Source: Balamuthia mandrillaris
Lineage: Eukaryota
DNA: 41,903 nt
Direction: 5' to 3'
Assembly: GCA_031835245.2 (NCBI GenBank)
Contig: JAVKOQ020000061.1
Location: forward strand, 186,001 to 227,903
Shown: one piece after another, positions 34,968 to 41,903 of the stretch
Layout of the letters: each line of letters begins with the position of its first letter
How positions within the stretch are numbered: the first letter of the stretch is position 1
Notes under the pieces: model-generated
Databases searched by the model: none
What the model was told of the DNA's origin: nothing
Seen by the model: only the letters and a program-made list of their open reading frames with translations
Made by a program: the position numbers and the translations under genes

Positions 34968-37194
34968 TTATGAATGCTGTTTTTCGAATCTATCTAATTC
35001 TGCATAAATTTGAGCTTTGTAAGCAAAAGATAATTTGTGATCTGAAGTTAATGCTAAAGGACCCCAAATAAAAGATGCTTGATGTATGTTTTGTGTTTCC
35101 TTTTGTAAAAAATAACATTGACCTCATTTTGTATACCATAATACAGTAGCTTTACAAGGTGTTGTGGAATGAACAAATGCAAGCCAAAAGTCCTCTGAAG
35201 AACCATCTTTTGGACAAATAGCATAAATGTGATTGGCTAAAATATGGAAAGGTATGCAAGTAGCACAACCAGATGTTGTGACTTGAGATGAAAATTCGAT
35301 TGAAGAGGAGGAAGCAGCTGAAGTCAAAGAAGTGGATGCAGAGAATGAAGGAGTATGTTGTCGATTTAAAGCAGTCATAGGTTGAAACAAAGTAAAAAAA
35401 GGATTATCCAAAGGGGATGAAGGGTGTTGTAAATTATAAATCAATGCTTGTAAGCGAAGTTTGGAAGAAAGCAAAATAGTAGAAAAAGTAGATTGAGTAC
35501 CTCGAATGCATTCTTCTTCTACACAAGATTTGGGTATCAAATGAGGAATATGAGTGGAATATAAAGATAGATTTGGAAATCCTTTTATCAATGAAATGGG
35601 TTTGCTCCAAGGAGCATGAATGTTGGATTTCACTTGTAAAATGGGCCATATTGGAGGGCAGGTCATTGTAGGAGTGGGATAAATAAATTTGAAAAATAGA
35701 GGTTGGGAATGACCTTCAAGATTTACCATGAAAGGATGCAACCAACCTTTGAAATCCCAGACCCATTCCAAAGGATGTAATTCTGGACGAGTTTCATCCG
35801 TTAAATAAGAAGAGTTAATGAATGTAAAGAATTGCTCCAAGCTTTCAATATCAAATTTGAGTAATGCTTTACGAAAGGTAGAAAACATTTGATCCACATC
35901 TTCATGAGTATGTCCAGGTGGCAAAAAGCAAAGTTTGATCTTGGAAAACATCTTGAGATGCACCAACCAACATAAAAAGGCCAATAAATACTTGTTTTTG
36001 TTTTCTTTATAGCAGTTGTCAGCTTGAAGGTAGAGGGTTTGGTTGGGATGGGCTCAAATGGGTTGTTGTAATGTTTGCATGAGAAAGTAAAATAAATGAC
36101 TAATTACTAAATTGGCATCACGTGACCACTGATCAAAATGATAACGCAGATAACAATGATGATGCTCATGATCTATCAGTCCAAAACAAGAGATACCAAT
36201 AAACTTTTTGATGGTCCAGCCTTTTGGGGGAGTATGATGATGGGGAAGAGGAATGGCCTCTGTATAATCCATAATGATGGAATTGTATTTGAAAGGAGAG
36301 GCTTTGGCTTTAGCACGATGCTTGTAATACTTCTCTTTGTGTAAAAAAACAAAGTGCAAATGATCACTTCGTTCCTTTTGTAAGCCTTGCAATGCCTCCA
36401 CACTCTTGCATTGTTTAAAACGAACTAGAAGCTGAGCACATTGATCACATTTTCCTAATCTGGTTTGCTAATACAGAAAGCAATAACAATTATTCATCAA
36501 CAGGTTGTTAGAATAAAAACAATGAATCATTCCTTTCTTTTGACAAACTCTCTCAACAAACAAAGCTTACCTTGGAAAAATGAACATAAGAGAAATCTTC
36601 ATGCAACATTTGCAAAAAGCGTGCATAACTGATGCTTTGATCATGTCCCAGGCTTAATACCATTTCTTGATACAAGGCTTTTCGATTCAATATCATTGGA
36701 ATCTGAATGACTTCAGAGTTTGGCAAGGATTCTCCCATATTGGCAAAGTACACTGTGAGCCAGGCTTTGGTTTGCGAATAGGTGGTGGAGTGCCAAACCA
36801 GGCCACGATTGTGATGAAGAGGTAAAGTGGCTCCCGTTTTCCACAAGTCCATGCAGGCATAAAACTTCTTATTGGAAAGGGCCAGCCATAATTGGATTGC
36901 TTTGTAACAAACCAGATGACCAGCCAAAAGCAATCGTTGCTTGGGGGGCCTGACAGCTCTGGTCTCTTGATAAGGGCCATAAGAAAGAAACAAGCAATCC
37001 ACAAGAAATTTGGTTCTGGCTTGTTCTGAGTCCAGTGTCCAATAATAGGTGCGCATCTCTTGAAAATCCTCTGATGAAATGCTGGAAAGACAGTATTGTT
37101 GACAGCAGTAACTGTGCTTTGAAGTCCGGATATGTTGCTCTGAAAAAAACCGACGTGCAGTGCTTTTCAGTTTGGATGGTGGTTGGAAGGCCAT
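34968..37194 (-). pseudogene. Sola1-like DDD transposase with one intron (36468-36570) and two in-frame TGA codons
   Basis: The ORFs 36553-37194, 36054-36401 and 35124-35984 join into one frame: CCQQYCL...FSK|QTRLGKCDQC...SIIMDYTE...QPI*AHPNQTLYLQADNCYKENKNKY...CFLPPGHTHEDVDQMFS...LWYTK*GQCYF...KQHS-TAA (34970-34968). Putative triad: D(IMD), D(ADN), D(EDVD). The intron position is mirrored in the relic at 32.4-32.5 kb. The Sola1 label is from motif memory. Confidence 0.85.
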
Positions 37195-37487
37195 GGTGCT
37201 CTTTTTCTACTGCAATGATGTCCTATCTAAAGAAACCTCATAAGTCAGCCAGAAGAATCAATAAAAGCTAAACACTTTACAAGAAAAAAAATGGCGGCAG
37301 AATAGATAAATAATCAAAAGGGTATAAGAGGGTATTGGCTGTGCTGTATGACACAAGATCTGCCCTTCACAATGAAGGTTGCTAAATTCTTTGTTGAAAG
37401 GAAAGGGCGCTTTTGCATCATATGACGCACTCAACACTCTTGCTTGCTAGAAAAATTTGAAAAAATTTGCTTTTCATTGGATAGGAA

Positions 37488-38483
37488 GGATAGCCAATGC
37501 CTTTCATACAATAGTAGAGAAAGCCGAAGAGGGCTGATCTGCACTGCATGGCATAGCCAATGCCAGCCATACAAAAGAAAAGAGAGCAGAAAAGGGCTGA
37601 TCTGCACCGTATGGCGCAGCCCATGCCTGCCTATCAAAAGAAAAAATGGCGGAAAAAGGCTGATCTGCGCCATACGGTGCAGCCCATGCCCCTCATACAA
37701 AAGAAAAGAGAGCGGGAAAGGGCTGATCTGCACTATATGGCGCAGCCAATGCCTGCAAAACAAAAGAAAAAATTGAGTAAAAGGGCTAATCTGCACCGTA
37801 TAGTGCAGCCCATGCCTGCCATACAAAAGAAAAAATTGTGAAAAAAGGCTGATCTGCGCCATATGGCGCAGCCCATTCCTGCCATACAAAAGAAAAGAGA
37901 GCGGAAAAGGGCTGATCTGCGCCATACGGCGCAGCCCATGCCTGTCATACAAAAGAAAAGAGAGCAGAAAAGGGCTGATTTGCACTGTACGGTGCAGCCC
38001 ATGCCAGCCATACAAAAGAAAAGAGAGCAGAAAAGGGCTGATCTGCGCTGTACGGTGCAGCCCATGCCAGCCATACAAAAGAAAAGAGAGCAGAAAAGGG
38101 CTGATCTGCGCTGTATGGCGCAGCCCATTCCTGCCATACAAAAGAAAAGAGAGCAGAAAAAGGCTGATCTGCGCCATACGGCGCAGCCCATTCCTGCCAT
38201 ACAAAAGAAAAGAGAGCAGAAAAGGGCTGATCTGTGCTGTACAGCGCAGTCCATGCCAGCCATACAAAAGAAAAGAGAGCAGAAGAGGGCTGATCTGCGC
38301 TGCACGGCGTAGCCAATGCCAGCCATACAAAAGAAAAGAGAGCAGGAAAGGGCTGATCTGCGCCGTACAGCGCAGCCCATGCCTGTCATACAAAAGGGCA
38401 GATCTGCACCATACAGCCGATGCCAGCCATACAAAAGAAAAGAGAGTGGGAAAGGGCTGATCTGCGCTGTACAGTGCAGCCAA
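37488..38483. repeat. Tandem array of a 63-bp unit (16 cores), each with an 18-bp palindromic core and an A-rich spacer
   Basis: Cores start at 37539, 37602, 37665, 37728, 37791, 37854, 37917, 37980, 38043, 38106, 38169, 38232, 38295 and 38358 (exact 63-bp period), then 38404 and 38462. Unit approx. GGGCTGAT-CTGCGCCGTACGGCGCAG-CCCATGCCAGCCATACAAAAGAAAAGAGAGCAGAAAA. Confidence 0.97.
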
Positions 38484-38965
38484 CGCGCTAGTCTCGAAAA
38501 TTGAATGCAAGCAAAAAAACAAAAGAAAAAGGGATAATGGCATAGCAATGCTGGTCTCTCTTTCAAACAAAATGCAGGCTGAACAGATTTGACAACTGAG
38601 AACAATACAAACCGTTATGCCTCACAGTCCTTTCACAAGTTGAACTCAAAAGAAAGAATCATGAGGTTGGATGTAAGAAAGCACATTCAAGCCCCTTTAT
38701 TATGAGAACAAAACGCTTTTGAATTTCCTTCAACTTGCTGTCACTTCTTCCAGCACCATATCAGCGATGCTCTCTGTCATTGGTTGCCCTCCACAAAGTC
38801 TGCAGCAAACCACAACGATTTGACTACCAATTAAATGAAATTTGAAAGAAAAAAAAGAGGGCCAAAAGCAAAACAAACTCCCAAAATTTTAGTTTGTCAC
38901 AAAAGTGCACAACCATTCACACCGTTCACACATATTCCTTGCTTTTTATTTTTGCTGTTGTGGTT

Positions 38966-41903
38966 ATGTCGGACAACAAGAGATTGACAGTGAAAGAACT
39001 GCGGCAAAGGATCGACGACCTCAGTGGACAATGGACCACCAAGGACTCCAAATCTGTCTTATCACACAAATTGCAAATGCTACAAACTCCTACGTCGAAT
39101 CCTTCTTCCAACCAACCTTCGGACCTCTCGGAAACAGATGAAGGCTCATCTTCCTCCCCATCCAACAGGTAAAACAACTTGCTCTCCATTTTGGTTTTTC
39201 TGGTGAGTGATTGAGGTTTTTTATGATAGCACTCCAACAAGAAATGATTGGATTTTGCGCGAGAGCGACTTGGAAGCTGTGCATCTATTTTGTGCACCGG
39301 ATGGCGCAGACGAGGAAACCAAAGAGGTGGCAGAACTTTGTAAAACTCGGCTTCAGGAGGGGACTCGTTTGGTTCCGTTGAAAGCTATCACTATGAAAGG
39401 TTTGTGCTTTTATTTTTGTGTTATAGTCAACAGCTGAACGGCCACTATTCGCCTTGCTTCTTTCTTCCTCAAGGGAGAAGGGCCAGTCCAGCTCCATCCT
39501 ACTTTTGCCCTTTCTCTTCTCTCATCCAAATTATTATTTGAAGGGATGGTGTTGACTGCGCCGTACAGCGCAGATCAGCCCTTCAGCTCATTTGCTGCGC
39601 CGGATGGCACAGTTCAGCCCTTCAAACCTCCAGTACTTTAGAAGGGAAATCATTGGCTGCACCATATGATGCAGCTCAGCTCTTCAAATCCTCTGGTATT
39701 TTTGAAGGAAGGGTGTTGGCTGCACCATATGGCGCAGATCTGCCCTTCAGATCAACACTTTCCTTTTATAGTTCGGGTGATGATTGCGCCGTATGGCGCA
39801 GATCACAACTGCTGCCTTAATTTCTTGTTTGGCTGGCAAGAAAAGGTTATAGGCTGCGCCGTACGGCACAGCTCATGCCTTTGGCCTTTTTCTCTCTTGT
39901 TGACTAGTTGAAGGGCATTGGCTGCGCCATACGGTGCAGCGAATACCCTCCACAGTTTTTCATGCCTTCTTTTAACTTTGTACTGTCATTAACTTCGTTT
40001 GTTTTATCAGGTTGGCATCGACCTCTAAAACCAGAGGGGTTGAACAAGCTGCTGGCCACATTCAACTCAGGCGGCATTTTGTCTTTTGATGAACGCTCTT
40101 CTTTATTATTGATGGAACTGCCTTCAGCTCTGTGGGTGCATCCAGAAAGCAATCAACAAGAATATGTATGTCTTGGAGGTAACCATCGATGTGCAGCAGC
40201 CCACGTATTGTACTGTGAAAACTCCCCAAAGCTGAAGGAGTTAACTTGGAGGGCCAAAGTGCTGCCATTTGATGGCAAACAACTTCCAAGTGTGGCTGTC
40301 TTGGACAAGGTACAATTCCTTGGAGTTTTCTGTTGCTTTTTCTGTTTTTTAACAAGGTGACTTACTCATATTTCTTGGAAGTTGTCTGCCTGGGACAACC
40401 TGGTGTTGTCCGAAGGAGTCAATCAAGAGACAGAATGGGATATGGTCCGTTTTGTGTACAATCATCTCACGAAAACACCAGAGGAGCTGTTCCATTATCT
40501 GGTAGGCCTTCTTTGGTTGCAGGCAAGCTTTCTAAAATGATTGCTCATTTTTTCTCTTTTGTGTTGGGTGGGTTTTGTATTTTAGAATTCACAAACTGCC
40601 TCCCAAGATGCCCATAATGCTCTCACCTTTGATCGTGTTTGACGTTTGAAAACAGTGGCAAACAAAATGCAGAAATTCCCAGAGTCTTGGAGTTATATTC
40701 AGGAGAAGGACAAAGAGAAGGGGGGCTGGGTGTTTACTCCTTACCACTTCAGAGAGAAAATGCCAAGCTCCTTATCAGATGAAACCTTGTTGGCAGCCTT
40801 GAAAGAGATATGGGCAAGGCACCTCGAGGATCCCAAGGAAGAATGTTCTGTAACCAACTTCAAAAGATTGGTAAGCTGCATTGCAATCTTTTCTTTCTCT
40901 ATCTTGTCACTACTACTTTTCCTCATGAAACGTGCATACATGCAGATGTGGAAACACATTGGTCGAAAAGCTATGCATGAAGAACTGGAATTGTATCATA
41001 CTGAAAAAGAGATTCCTTTAGCCCACTTGGTATTGATTTCTATAGCATTGAAGTTTAGTTAACATTTCCTTTTGCTATCTTTCATTCATTTATTCATTCC
41101 TTGCTGCTAGCAACACATACCCTCCGATGAACCAGCTTCTCCTCCATTCCACTCAAACACCACTACACCTCAACCCTCTCCACCTCCTTCACCAAAACCA
41201 TCTCATGATATTGAAAGGAAAAAAAAAAGAAAAAGCAAAAAACAACAACCAAAGACCTCTTCCAAACACCAGGCCAAAAAAGCAAAAAACCATCATCGTG
41301 GCAGACCCAAACTCAACACTCCTCCTCAACCCTCCAAACAATTGGCCCACCAACTCAACAAATGGGGAAAGGACGTGCTTGCTTCTCATTCCCCTCCTAC
41401 CAAGTTCAAAGTGATCATTTATGATAATTTACCAACACATGCTCCCTTGATGCTTGATTCCTTGGGAGTACACTGCCAAAGTAAGTCTTTTTTGGGTTAT
41501 TTTTTCCAAAGAACTCAGATTGCTGTCTGTCTAATTTTCTCTCATTCTTCCCAGATCATCATGTGGAAAGGGTTTTGTTGATAACTACCCGTTATAATCA
41601 CTTGCACTTGGCCATGAATCAAATCAATGCCTATAAACAAAAGCAACGTCAGCTTTTGATTAACTTGAAGCTAGAAACAGTTCTTGTTTTTGGGTACAAA
41701 CCTCACCATTCCAACCATAACAACAAACCACAATGGTGTGAGAATGGCATCTTTGTGGCAGTGTGGAACAAAGGCCAAACACAGTTGCAGGATGATTCTA
41801 GTTCGATTACTTCTTCTCTGTTGGCCTTGGAGACATGGCAACCAACTTCAGTGGTGATTCCAATCAAGGGACCTCAAGCTCAGGAAGGACAAGTGGCTGA
41901 TCA
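38966..41903 (+). pseudogene. Spliced gene for a SAP/HeH-like + ParB/Srx-like + AT-hook protein; one in-frame TGA; 3' end beyond the window
   Basis: Phase-consistent GT-AG model: 38966-39168, 39230-39399, 40011-40309, 40382-40501, 40586-40870, 40946-41029, 41111-41480, 41555->41903. Motifs: LTVKELRQRIDDLSGQWTTKDSKSVLSHKL; RLVPLKAITMKGWHRPLKPEGLNKLLATFNSGGIL; YVCLGGNHRCAAA; LSAWDNLVLSEGVNQETEWDMVRFV; HRGRPK. TGA at 40640-40642. Confidence 0.75.
39540..39945. repeat. Cluster of seven copies of the same 18-bp palindrome with diverged spacers, inside intron 2 (39400-40010) of the ParB-like gene
   Basis: Cores start at 39556, 39595, 39657, 39720, 39784, 39854 and 39922. The ATCAGCCC-type flank lies 3' of the core, so these are inverted relative to the main array. 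Confidence 0.9.

Larger units (their letters stand above)
34700..41903. mobile_element. Large composite DNA transposon candidate (transposase + palindrome array + ParB-like gene); termini not identified
   Basis: Divergent gene pair tied together by a shared palindrome and a shared CpG/TGA decay pattern. No terminal inverted repeat pair or target duplication can be shown because the right end lies outside the window. Confidence 0.6.

Noticed and set aside
37488..38483. CRISPR array
   Set aside because: Spacers are near-identical copies of each other, the palindrome is the variable part, no cas genes are present, and the context is eukaryotic.
37418..38605. Repetitive ORFs of up to 379 aa across the array
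   Set aside because: A 63-bp unit is 21 codons, so open frames appear on both strands. Variation tracks CpG sites rather than codon positions.
39540..39945. CRISPR-like repeat-spacer array in the intron
   Set aside because: Repeats are degenerate, spacing is irregular, and at least two spacers resemble each other. Kept as a palindrome cluster instead.

Overview
Eukaryotic genomic DNA with dense genes and short introns. An amoebozoan origin is my inference from the intron style and a LisH-RasGEF. Bases 1-32019 are an ordinary block of housekeeping genes: Nup50/RanBP3-like FxF protein (partial), importin-5, COMMD10, APC1, a ZIP transporter, WDR41, PAN2, FCF1, LisH-RasGEF, NMD3 and an INO80E-like gene. 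From about 32.1 kb the window switches to mobile-element DNA: a scrambled transposase relic, a 142-bp foldback element, a Ty3/gypsy integrase fragment, and a large composite element that runs off the right edge. That element has a Sola1-like DDD transposase on the minus strand and, divergently on the plus strand, a spliced gene with a SAP/HeH-like motif, a ParB/Srx-type domain (GGNHR) and an AT-hook. Between them lies a 63-bp tandem array whose core reconstructs to a perfect 18-bp palindrome, CTGCGCCGTACGGCGCAG. Seven more copies of that palindrome sit in an unusually long intron of the ParB-like gene. The arrangement resembles a ParB/parS-type module carried by a eukaryotic DNA transposon, which is a hypothesis. 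The element shows strong CpG decay and in-frame TGA codons, so this copy is probably inactivated. All family assignments come from motif recognition by eye; no searches were run.
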